Positions 39,620 through 50,779 of a stretch of DNA of 64,000 bases are shown in pieces. This stretch comes from Camelus ferus. Lineage: Eukaryota. The stretch covers positions 4,836,001-4,900,000 of the forward strand of contig NC_045726.1 in assembly GCF_009834535.1 (NCBI RefSeq), in the 5' to 3' direction. Position numbers and translations under genes: made by a program. Under the pieces are notes generated by a model, which worked only from the letters and a program-made list of their open reading frames with translations, made no database searches and was not told the DNA's origin. Every line of letters starts with the position of its first letter. Within the stretch, counting starts at the first letter, position 1.

Positions 39620-40620
39620 GAAAGATTAACATAACTTAAAAAAAAATATGAGAAGCCTAGTTGAAAATTATTTAAAAATCAATAACTTTCCTATATGCCA
39701 GCAATAACCTCTTATAAAATATAATAAAAAACAGATCCTAGTAATAAACAGAAAATGTTTTAAAAGACCCGTAAGTAACCTTAACAAGAAATGTGTGGGA
39801 CTTAGACGAAGAAAACTATGAGATATCACTGAGTGTCATAAAAACAGAATTTAATGAGAGGAAATCTTTTTTCCTAGAAGGCAAACAGAATGTAATAAAA
39901 ATTTTATTTCTTCTAAAATTAAGTGTAAATATAAATATAATTGCAATAAAAATTCCAACTAAACTACTCCAAAATGTATCAATATAAATAATGTGTTAAA
40001 ATGGCTAAGACTTTTTTTGACCCAGGATATGTTTATTTTATTGTATAACCAAAATTTAATTTAATTTTTTATTTTTTTAATTTTATTTTTTATAGAAGTG
40101 TATATGATTTACAATGCTAGTTTCAGGTGTACAGCAAGGCAATTCAGTTATACATACACATACATATATGTTTTTTCTTTTCAGACTCTTTTCCATTGTT
40201 TGTTATTATGAGAAATTGAATATAGTTCCCTGTCCTGTACAGAAGAAACTTTTTAAAATCTATTTTTATATATAGTGGCTAACATTTGCAAATCTCAAAC
40301 CCTCAAATTTATCCCTTCCCACCCCCTTTCCCCAGTAACCAGAAGATTGTTTACTATGTCTGCAAGTCTGTTTCTGTAGATGAGTTCATAGTGTCTTTTT
40401 TTTTCTTTTTTCTTTTAGATTCCACATACAACAAGACTTTTTTAAAATAAGAAAAATGATATAAGATTTTCATTGATAATGAAATACCTTAGCAGTGATA
40501 TTCAAGAAGCCATATATGGGAAAAGGCAGTTTTCTAATAATGATATGTGATTCAATGTATGATGTTGGGACAACTGGTTGTGTATAAGACAAATACATAA
40601 TTGAATTAGAATGCAAAAAA
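39620..40620 (+). mobile_element. Ancient L1 ORF2 remnant split by a younger L1
   Basis: Peptide WDLDEENYEISLSVIK...IKILFLLKLSVNINIIAIKIP parallels L1 ORF2 KDLYKENYKTLLKEIK...IVKMSILPKLIYRFNAIPIKIP. Confidence 0.7.
40018..40432 (-). mobile_element. Camelid-type L1 3' end with 11-bp TSD
   Basis: TSD AAGACTTTTTT at 40007-40017 and 40433-40443; body ends ttagattccacata. Confidence 0.92.
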
Positions 40621-41300
40621 TAATTTCATACATTTCCTGATACAAACATGAGTCCCTACGTTGTGGGAGTAAGAGGTCATGTCACTGAGAGCTAAGTTTG
40701 CACAGCTGATGACGCAGCTCCACCAGCCGTTGCGGATACAGAGACCTTGGAGAGAGGACGGCACGTCTCAGCGTTGCTGCTAATGAAAATAACAGAGATG
40801 AAAAGAGACCAGACTTCTGACAGGGCCTGGGGCTTGGCAAGCAAAGCTCCCAGATTTCAGCCTCCCCGCTCTCCTATCCGCCAAGACTCTTCCTGGCCAG
40901 GAAACGTCGTGCAGTGCACATAACACCCCTGTGCCCGCCAGCCCTGGGTGAGGGGGGCCACACAGACATTCTGGAGGGCGGCTTGGAACACCGGATGCAC
41001 CTGTTGCTGCGTTCAGAACTTCCAGTGATAGAATGTGTCCCAGGGAGAGGACAGAAAAAGCACAGAGGGGAAAATTGTAAATGAGCTAATTACTTACTAA
41101 TAAGGTGTTGGCTAAGAAATCGTATATATCTATAAAATAATGTTCTTTAAAATTTTTAATGGATAGGTTAATAAGTAGCATATTACTGGGGTTAAAACTT
41201 ACATTTGTTTCACTATTAGCCATATTAAGCATTTCTCTCCTGATGTAAATTGGCAGTTTGTAATTCTCTGATTTAACTTTTTAACTGTGTCCTTGGAATC

Positions 41301-41390
41301 CTTTCTTCCCACCTTCCTTCCTTCCTTCCTTCCTTCCTCTTTCTCTTTCTCTCTCTCCTCCCTCCCTCCCTGTCTTCTTCCTTCCTTTTC
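41301..41390. repeat. (CCTT)n / homopyrimidine tract
   Basis: Directly visible; about 90 bp almost purely C/T. Confidence 0.9.
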
Positions 41391-41740
41391 TGCTTGTCAT
41401 TCACTGCACATGTTTAAAACTGAGTTAACATTATAATAAGAAAAAGCACATTCTTAAATGGTAATGAATGTCAACAAAGACTGTTTTAAGAAAATTCAAG
41501 TTTGGTTCATTCTTTGTGTAAGTTTTCTTTATAATTAAATAATGGCAGTCAAGGCTAGAAATATTAACTAGGAACCAGTTTGCAATATGCCTCGAGTCCC
41601 AGGCATAGCAAGTGGAACTTTGTCCTGGGGACGGCAGAGAGCCCTGGGGGATTTTGAGGAGGAGCAGAGTGAGATCAACGCCGTATTTTTTAAGAACCGC
41701 TGTTTGCTTTGTAAAGGGACGACGCTGTCCCGGTCTCCTG

Positions 41741-41754
41741 CCACCAGGTGGCGC
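41741..41754 (+). promoter_or_regulatory. CTCF core motif
   Basis: CCACCAGGTGGCGC matches CCASYAGRKGGCRS at all positions, in context TG-CCACCAGGTGGCGC-C. Confidence 0.65.
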
Positions 41755-43214
41755 CCCGCTGTTGTCTCCCAAAGTTGGCTCTCACGTTTATACTCCCCTG
41801 GTGTGAAAAAAGACAACACGGTGTAATCAAGAATTACGGCCTGACACCAAGCAAAAGAAAATTTTAGACTCCAGATTAGAAATTTTGCTTCAGTTGAGGC
41901 TATTAAAATGAGAAACAATTTCCAAAAAAAAAAAAAATAGTGATGAGGTGAGGTGCTGGAATAATTTAAAATAAGACGGGTCAGACCCTGCCAATAATAA
42001 AGCTTGGAGAGTAATTGGGATGAGCAGCCAGAATTAGATGGCTTTTGGTATTCTCTCTCTCTCTAATGTCTGTGATTAATGTGCCATTACAAAAGAGTTA
42101 TGTCTTATAAAAATGGTATAAATTTGAAATGGTCATAAATAGCCTTTAGGCTCTGATCTTGATTTTGACCCAAGAATGCAGAGAGCATGGAGGAAGCTTC
42201 TGCAGCCTCCTGTCCCACTGGGTTTTCCTGTCTGCAGCCCTGATGCTCGAGGTGGTGGACACGTCAGTGTCCCATCCTGGAGGGCGCAGTCTCTGGTCTC
42301 TGGGTGCCACCCTTCCCTGCCTCCTCCCAAGACCTCCATCGCCCAGGTGTATTCCTGACAGCCCGGCCCCTGTGTGTACAGGAAGCTGCAGGTAAGTCAT
42401 CAGAGGTGCGGGAAGGGAGGCGTGGCCTGACCGGGGGCAGGGGAGCAGCTGGACAGTGGGGGCTGCAGAGCTGAGCCCAGTACTGCCCAGAAAAGACCTG
42501 GAGAAAGCGGCACATTTTCTTCTTCCTCCCAAAGGAGGAAAGGGTTTCAGATTTTGGAGTGGGTAACAGCTCAGACTGGGAACATTCAAAGTCTAAGTCC
42601 AAGAGCAGTAAAGGGACCATGACCCTAACTTGGGGAAGGGTTTCATGCGGCCTTTGTCACTGGTGTGAAAAGTGTGAGGAGCCCCCTGCTCTGGACTCGC
42701 TCTAGGGAGAAAGTTAAGGGCCCTTTAACATCTCATTTCGCCTCCTCTGGTCTCGTAACGACAGGCAGCCTGAGCCCAAGGACAGCTCTGCGACCTACGA
42801 GGAAAACGAGGGGCGGCCAGGTTTTTCCCAGCAATTGAGGACCATGGACAGCGGGAGGAGGGTGAGAAACTCCAGTACCCTCTCTTGCTTATGTCTTTGA
42901 TGGGCTCGAGTGTTGGCGATAGGCCGGCTTGCTTCATGAGGTGATACACTCTCTGCTGAGAAGTTACTCAGACAGGATTGAGCGAACATCTAAATGTTCT
43001 ATCACTAGACATCGCAGAGCAAAGGGCCTAATAACTCCTGTGATTTTTTTTCTTGAACAACTCATTTTTTCCTAAATCAGAAATACGAATGAGTACTGAT
43101 TGAATTCCCAAGTGTATCAAAGTAGAATCTAAGGTGGTTAACCAAAGTAACGTGACTCCCATAGAAAGTGCATTGGAAAGCACGTTTACTGGGCCTCGCG
43201 ATTTACTGTGTTAC

Positions 43215-43335
43215 TGCGCGATGCTGGACACCTTGACGTACACCAGCTTGTTTACTCCTGACGACAACTCTTGGTGAAAGATCAGTGTTGCCGTTTTGCA
43301 GATAAGGACCAGGAGGCTATGGAGGTCGGGTGGCA
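43215..43335 (-). mobile_element. MIR fragment
   Basis: tttactcctgacgacaactc...ccgttttgcagataaggaccaggaggct. Confidence 0.45.
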
Positions 43336-44378
43336 CCTACGATGCACTGGATGCTTGATCTCATTCTTCTGACAATGACCCAGTCGTCTGCCTCTTCACT
43401 GGAGGCTTATGGGTGAACTGTGAGAATCTACAAAACTTCACTGATTTCATCTCCAACTTGAATTCTGGTGGGGCCAGAAGCACCGGAAACACCCTTTAAT
43501 GCTGGTTCGTAGCTGGGTGACGAGCTCTATTTTTCACCTGTTTCATTTTGGGTTTGTAACATTTTGACAAAATATCTTAATGTTTATGTTTAAAAGTAAA
43601 CATTTACTCTGTGATCACGAACGACCATCTGCAATCCTGCGTCACAGCTGAGCTTTTGCTGAGACTGTTTGCTTTGCTTGCTTCTGCGTGGTTGCATGTT
43701 TGTGGATGAATTCTGTGTTCATTCCATCACCGTCTGACTTGATAACTCCCTACGTGGCCAGCGACACTCATTTTCTCTGTAACAAAACCGTGCAGGAGGC
43801 CTCGATCATCATAACTTCACATGAAAGGACAGGAGGCACGTGGCAGGTGAATGCTCGGATCGGACTGGCCAGTGATGTAGTTCAAGCTACAGGATGATTT
43901 TAAGACACAGCAGGTGTTACTCAGCTGAGTGTCTCCCAGTGCCTCTGAACTCAGGCTCCACGTTGCTTTCATAGTTAAATAAAATGGCTTGCACTCCTCT
44001 CTCGCATATCGTGGGGAAGCTGTTTCTCCTCAGTCACTCCAGATGCTCTGTGGGCATTCACGTTTCCATGGTTACGTTTTGCTCTGGGTTCCCACTAACT
44101 CTGAATTCTTGGTGCCCCACCTGCCAGGTTCCTTCTAGAACAAGCGTGGTTGAGCGAGGCATCGCCTGGGAAAGGCTGGTCTCCCTTGTCCATCACAGAG
44201 AATGTGTCCCTGGGCTTCATTTCCTCAGCTTGCAGCTGCCTTGGGCCTCTCTGCCCCGAGCGTCTTCTCTTCAGGCCAGTTCTCTCTGTCCTGAAGCCTG
44301 TCTCCAAGTCCTACAAAATGAGTATTTGATTGTTCCTTTTTCTCTGTGTGCAAATAAAGACACTGATTGAAGGGCTCC

Positions 44379-44402
44379 TCCGTCTATGCTTCCGTCTATG
44401 CT
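44379..44402. repeat. 12-bp tandem duplication
   Basis: tccgtctatgct twice, exact. Confidence 0.9.
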
Positions 44403-44802
44403 AGGTGACCTTTTCCTCTTAAACCAACAAACGTGTTATCCTCTCCTTCCTAAACAGACAAGGAGCTTTATCCGTATGAGGAATTCTAGCTACAGGACAG
44501 GTGGAGGTTCAAACCGCAGTCACGTGTTAAAAGTACAGATTGCGCCTCTTGGTGGTGTCTGTTTGACTTTCGGGCAGCGGGAGCGTGTCTGATGCTGTCT
44601 TGCCTGCCTGCACCCGGCGTGGCTTTTACCTTTTTATTTCCTTATCCCGTGTTCATCCTCTTTGTCCTCCTTAGCGCCAGCTGTCGCTTTTTGCGGGAGG
44701 CAGTTTTGGGGGACAGTGTGCTCCGTTGAAATACTGATTTCCTTGTCTCCCTTTTAGCTGGCGGTGGGCTTCTGGAATCCCCTAGACTCAGGCATGGGGA
44801 GT

Positions 44803-45145
44803 TGTTCTGGCCTGAAAGTTTGTGCCTCCCCTGACCCCCATTTGTATGTGAAAGCTCTAGCCCCTAATGGGATGGTACACAGAGGTGGAAGATAATTAGG
44901 TTTAGGTGTGCATGAGGGTGGGGCCCCTACAATGGGGTTAGTGTCCTTATAAACAGAGGAGGAGAGACAAGAGCCCTCTTGAGAACATGGTGAGAAGGTG
45001 GCCGTCTGCCAGCCAGGAAGAGGGCCCCCATCTGGCATGGAATCTGCTGGCGCCAAATCTTGGCCCTGGAGCTGTGAGAAGTAAGAGTCTGTTGTTCAAG
45101 CCCCCAGCCTGGGCTGCTTTGTTACAGCAGAGAACAAGGACTATG
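44803..45145 (+). mobile_element. ERVL-MaLR solo LTR (MLT1A-like)
   Basis: ggcctgaaagtttgtgcctcccc; gggtggggcccctacaatggggttagtgtccttataa; gagaaggtggccgtctgccagccaggaagaggg; ctgtgagaagtaagagtctgttgttcaagcc. Confidence 0.85.
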
Positions 45146-45160
45146 TATTGTTTCAATTAA

Positions 45161-45372
45161 AAATTTTTAAATAACTACTATATGTAAAACAGATAAACAA
45201 CAAGTGTATACTGTACAGCACAGGGAACTATATTCAGTATCTTGTAGTAGCTTATGGCAAAAAAGAATATGAAAATGAATATATGCATGTTCATATATGA
45301 CTGAAGCATTGTGCTGTACACCAGAAATTGACACACTGTAAACTGACTATACTTCAATAAAAATATATATAT
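45161..45372 (+). mobile_element. Camelid-type L1 3' end
   Basis: ctgtacagcacagggaactatattcagtatcttgta...ctgaagcattgtgctgtacaccagaaattgacac...acttcaataaaaa. Confidence 0.9.
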
Positions 45373-45397
45373 TAAATTTTTTTTAAATTTTAAATTA

Positions 45398-45496
45398 TTT
45401 TTTTAATTGAAGCATAGCCGGTTTCCAATGTTGTGTCAGTTTCTGGCGTACAGCGCAATGCTTCAGTCACACATGAATGCACACATGTTCGTGTTC
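45398..45496 (-). mobile_element. Camelid-type L1 3' tip, tail-to-tail with the previous copy
   Basis: ttttaattgaagcatagccggtttccaatgttgtgtcagtttctggcgtacagcgcaatgcttcagtc. Confidence 0.85.
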
Positions 45497-45879
45497 CTAA
45501 CACCACAGAAGCCTGTAAAACCCGCCCGCCCGTGTTCTCTGCTGCAGGCGGAGGTTCGGTGCAGCCGCTGTGCTGTTCTTGCTGGTGCCCCGCCTCTGCC
45601 TTCTGGTCTGGATCCCTTTCCCGACCTGACTCCTCAGAGACCTGCACCTGGAGTTAGCCCTTCCCACACTCTTGTTACTAACATCACACTCTTTACTTGA
45701 AATTCCAGTCGGCTTTCAGATGTGCTACTGAGTCTTCCGTGCCGGGAACAGAAACAAAACCTGCCTACCTCATCGCACTCCCTCCCCTCGCGGCTCCGGT
45801 GCGTGTGTGCACTTGGCTCTCGCCGGCACGTTCCCTGAGTTGCCCGAATCCTCAGTCCCACTGCCACAGCCCCCGTCCT

Positions 45880-46210
45880 CGCCTCAGATGATTCCTCTTT
45901 GGCCTCCGTGTCCTCCGCTTCATTGATGCTTCTTTTGGGAACAACTTCCACGTTACCACGTCTGGCAACATTTTGTGCATTTATCTCCTTGGAACTGTCA
46001 GTAGCGTCCCACACAAATGACACTCCCTCCTAATTGAAACATTGATTCCTTTCTAGGATGTCTTGCCTCTCAGATTTCTTCCCCTCACATTGTTTATTTT
46101 CAGTGTTATTTTCCTCCCATTTCTAATGTCTGCGTTTTGGCCAACCTCAGGGCTTTACACGCTGTACATAACCTAATTCAGGTGATTTCATCTAGTCTCA
46201 TGCCTTTAAA
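45880..46210 (+). mobile_element. L2 fragment
   Basis: cactccctcctaattgaaacatt...ttctaatgtctgcg...cctcaggg...aggtgatttcatctagtctcatgcctttaaa. Confidence 0.5.
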
Positions 46211-47148
46211 AATGATTAAGATAACGCAAAGGATCAGATTGTAAAATTAGGCTCAAAAGAATTAAGTATTTTACTCACTGTCAACATGTAGCGATAGTTT
46301 CAAGGATACATGCAGTTGTGAGACACAGGGTAAGTGGAAGGTGGTCAGCTCTCCAAGGCAGGAGGAGGACACGCCCTGGTTCGTGTTTAACATACGAAGT
46401 ATGTAAGCAGTGTACGTACATGTTTTGTGCATGTGGAAAGGGGTGTTTTGGTCATGAACCACCTTCGTTTTTGTACGTAGGTGCTTGTATAAACCAAAGA
46501 ACAATTTCCAGAAAGCCATTTCCTGTAAATACGTCATTCCCGTTTTGTTTACCCTCGTTAATCCTCCAAGAAACAGAACCGATCAGACATCCCACGGGCA
46601 CGTACTGTCTTAGAAGCCACTTAGCGTGTTTCTCAGGAATGGGACTGTAAACGTGCGTACAAGGAGACCTGCTAGGTAACGTCCTTCCTTCTTCCCCGGG
46701 GCGTTGCTCCCGTAAAGGGAGGGACTGCATCGCAGACGCACTGCTGGCCCCTTCCTGCCACCCGGCCCTGAGAGCTCCGAAATGTCAGGCCAGCGCTTCT
46801 AACCGTGCCATGCTTAGACCGTGCTGTGTGCCAGGCACTGTCCGAGGTGCTGGATTTTCAAACCGGTTTAGGACACAGTCTGAGCCTTCATTCCTTGTTC
46901 ATGAATCTGTTTGTATGAGAGATTCTAGTACCAAAAAAACCAAAACCAAACCAAAACAAAACAAAAAACACGTAAGCCAAGATTCTGAAGCTGTATATCC
47001 AACTCACCTTGGTGATGCTCTGAGGAGGAGCAGAGAAGCTTCTCAATGTGTGGCAAGAACCTGCTTTCTTTAAAACAGCCAATGGATTTAAAATACATCA
47101 CCTCATGTTTAAATTAGGTAAGCTTTTTTTTTTTTACTCTTTCATGTA

Positions 47149-47192
47149 GTATAAATTTAAATTTATACCACAGTAAATTTAAATTTACTGTG
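47149..47192. repeat. Two abutting perfect palindromes
   Basis: gtataaatttaaatttatac (47149-47168) and cacagtaaatttaaatttactgtg (47169-47192). Confidence 0.95.
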
Positions 47193-47379
47193 AATAAAAC
47201 ATTACAACACTTCTTTCCTCTACGAAATTCTAAAGTCCTTGAAGGTAGGCATGCCTTCCTTGATTATTTAATCTCCAGGAGCATCAGCGAGGTGTTGCCA
47301 ATAGTGGCTAAGTGCTTCGTAAGTACGTGTTCTTTGAGCCCATGAGAACGTAACATCCATGATCCAGGTTTCCATGGTC

Positions 47380-48430
47380 CCTCTTACCACCCGTTTCCAC
47401 TGCTGTTTCCACACAAAGGGATTCCACGGTCCATTATCATAATCTTTTCCTTGCATCCATTCTTATCGCTGTTCTTCTTTTGTTCCGTCCACCTGGAAAA
47501 CCTTCAATCCTGGTTGAATCCAACCAGTCCACAGACTTTGTACCTGGATCTATAAGCCCAGACACAGCCACAAGAAAAATACATACATAGACTTTTTTCA
47601 TCTTACAAATACTAATATTGAGCAGGTTTGTAGGGTCTCCTGGCAAACTTAACATATTCTCCAAGCTCGGCTGCTATCCTGTTCTGTTAGATGATTATGT
47701 CATACCTTTTGTTTTCCCAAACCTCGAATGCTTCTTCTATAATGTTTACATTACCTCCGATTTTACTGAGAATATAGAATCAATGAGAATAGAACTTCAT
47801 CTGCTTCCCACACGTCCCCACCTTCCTGCCCCTGTGCCTGTGCACCCCGCACCCCTCTTGTAACCACAGGCAGATCATCCACACTTCACGTCAGCACATC
47901 CCCTCTTGGGGTCAGGACGCCATCACGTTTTCTCTTCTTTGCTTGATTGTCACCATCAGCATAGAAGCAGAATGTGACTTCTCCCATCGTAAGAAAAGCA
48001 CCCTCTTCCTTTTCTTCTCTAGCTAATGCCCCATTTCTTTGCTTCCTTTTAGAGAAATTCTAGTTGAAATTGTTTCTGCACTTTGATTCCAGTCCACATC
48101 CTCCTCTGACTCTTCAGAGAGACTCCAATGAGGCTTTGTATTAGTTCCCTTTTTTCCTTTCTGTACCTTAGGATGCTTTGACAATTTGGGGTCTTGCAGA
48201 CCCAGAGAGGACCTGGCCCAGATACAGGCCACTCCCCCATAAGTGTGCCTTTCACATACAGACCTAGTTTCAAACTTGTCTGCAGCACCTAAAACCGTTT
48301 CACTTACTGTCCAGTTTTTACCGTGTTATTTGAGTCTCTGTGTCTCCTCCTCCAGGTCAGTCTCCTGTGTCTAAAGCATCAGCTCTTTGGTGCATGGTAG
48401 GCAGCCAGTGTGCTTGCTGAATAGAAAAAT
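47380..48430 (+). mobile_element. L2 ORF2 remnant and 3' end
   Basis: ccttcaatcctggttgaatccaacc; gagaatatagaatcaatgagaatagaacttc; gactccaatgaggcttt; 3' catggtaggcagccagtgtgcttgctgaat. Confidence 0.6.
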
Positions 48431-49029
48431 GTATTTGTTTTTAATACAATGAAATAGTATCAAATAAAAATTCTGCAAGGAGAAGATGGTGAAAAAATTT
48501 AATTATTAGAAATCTGACAGTATAACTAATTTGGCTTTTTTGAGACAAATCTCCTCCAGTTGTAATCTTTTCTAATTCCAACTTCTGGTATACATCATGT
48601 CCTTGTTCTTCGGGGTTGGGGGGGTCTGATTCGCAAGTCAAGAGCATGCCTTTGAGGTTATGAATAATAAAATGCAAATAGGAGTCTTGCATATTTTAAA
48701 TCCATTTACTTTTCAGTTCCCCATGTAAATAGAGGAAACTTTAGATTTGACTGTTGATCTTAAAATGCAAGGTTATCTTGCAAAGGGTGAACAAAACACT
48801 TACGATTGCAGTAGGTTAAAAATCTGAAGCCAAATTTTGAGCTCAGATACAACAGTGTAGCTCTAAACTCAGTGGACTCACCTGAAGCACATAACCACAT
48901 TACTTTCAATGTGAACGATTCCTTGCCTCTAAAATTAAGAACGATTAAGTTTTGTACCAAATTTCCATTAGATCATTTTGAAAACAAGCAGCCGGACTGC
49001 ATTAACATTATTATGTTTGATTCTGTGAC

Positions 49030-49140
49030 TCTGACGACTTAGCTTCGGATGCATGCGCGGCTAAGGAGCGGCCGGCCGCCCTGCACACTAGCGCTCACTC
49101 CGCTGTCCCCGCCCGGGGAGCCTGACCGGCTCGTCGTGTT
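49030..49140. promoter_or_regulatory. Compact CpG cluster, candidate internal promoter or enhancer
   Basis: About 14 CpG in 110 bp in AT-rich unique sequence; GCATGCGC (NRF1-like), CCCCGCCC GC box. Confidence 0.45.
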
Positions 49141-49346
49141 ACAGATTTCACCTTCTCAGGAGGATTGCAACTGGCTTATTCTCTGATGATAGTTTACTGT
49201 GTAAAAACCAGCGAATCTTCCCAAATCCTCACATCTGCTGGTGATGAGACAGAAAGATGAATTTCACGACCAGTTAAAATACTAATTTAAAAGCAGCGTT
49301 GTATTCATAATGTGATTATTGTAGCTATTTACTTATTTTGCCACAG

Positions 49347-49523
49347 GTTTATTTGCTTTCCAAGAGAGAAAGAAACTTCTTTGGCAGAAGCATTTGATGA
49401 CAGTGAGAAGTTCATTACGTGGCCAGTTATGGTGGATGAGTTGACAGCTTCGGCACTGTCCCAGAAAATCTGTCGCTTTCTCACCACAGACGAGTTCTGT
49501 TTAACAAGCCCCTTCAGCACAGG
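49347..49523 (+). other. Candidate 177-nt exon, gene unidentified
   Basis: tatttacttattttgccacag acceptor; GG|gtaaac donor (weak); 58 stop-free codons. Confidence 0.3.
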
Positions 49524-49778
49524 GTAAACTATTCGATTATTCCTAAAGTGTTCAACCTCTTTTTCTTGTACCCGGCAGGAGAAAAGCGTTAACATTTAAC
49601 CAACAGTGAGGAATCCTTGCTGAGGGTGAAAACACTCTTTTTTTCCCCAGCTAGCTGTCTGTTCAGTAGACTTATGGTTCGCTTAGATTAAAAGCGATGA
49701 AGAAAGAATAATTATTTTTCCTCAATTCCATGCTTCCCTGTGCTTCATAAATTCCTTGTAAAGGCTATTAAATACATT

Positions 49779-49892
49779 AACAAAATTTTTTTATATATAT
49801 ATTTTATTGAAGTATAGTCAGTTTACAATGCCGTGTCAATTTCTGGTGTACAGCACAAAGCTTCAGTCTTATGTGAACTATATGTATTCATT
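49779..49892 (-). mobile_element. Camelid-type L1 3' tip with 11-bp TSD
   Basis: TSD TTAAATACATT at 49768-49778 and 49893-49903. Confidence 0.9.
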
Positions 49893-49989
49893 TTAAATAC
49901 ATTCTGATATTTAAAGAGTAAAAATGTCTTCAGCATTGTATGATCTGCAGCATATCTTCAACTGCAGTTACTTTAGTGGTTTACTGTTT

Positions 49990-50760
49990 TTCTAAAATTT
50001 GAAATATAGTAACAGTGCACAGGGGTATATGAAAACATATATCACAGTTAAAGATTGTGTTATTTAATTCAGTGCACACCCACATTCCCACCACCTGGGC
50101 CAAGAAATAGAACTTTACTTGACCCGAGAAGCCTGGTTCAATCCCCCTTGCTCTTCCCCAGAATAAATCTGTTTTTGAAGATTGTAGTCATCACTTCTTT
50201 GCTTGCCATTTTGGTCTTTTGCCATCTTTATGAATCTCTATTCAGTCCTAACCAATGTATTATTTAATTTTGTATATATAAAACATTATATAGACAAAAT
50301 CATAGTGTATGTATTCTTGTATAACCCACTTTGTTGACCGCTGATTTTGAGGTCATCCATGTAAATGCTTCCGGCTGTTAGGAAATTTATTCACTGCTGC
50401 ATAATGTTCCATTGAATGCATGTGTTGCTAGGGATCTCCACGTAGGAAATGAGATGTGCAGTTGAACAGTGTGAATGTGTCTAACTCTTCTGTGTAACGC
50501 AGTATTTTTCAAAGTGGTTTGACTGATCTACACGCCCAATAACGGCATATGAGAAAGTTGTGGGTGCGTCACGTAATGCTAACTGGATCTGATGTCTTTG
50601 ACCCATTTTTTAATGAGTTGTTTATTTTTCTATTGTTGCATTTAAAAAGTTCTTTGTATATTTTAGATAACTGTTCTTTACCAGATGTATCTTGTACAAA
50701 TATCCAAAATGCTCCGCTCTGTTTTGGCCACTTGTGCTTCTGGCCGAGCCTTTTATATGA
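49990..50760 (-). mobile_element. Old L1 3' fragments (L1ME/L1MB-MC-like)
   Basis: ccaccacctgggccaagaaatagaac; tttgacccatttttt...gttgtttatttttctattgttgcatttaaaaagttctttgtatattttagataac. Confidence 0.65.
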
Positions 50761-50779
50761 CTCTCTAGTCTCTTCTTTT

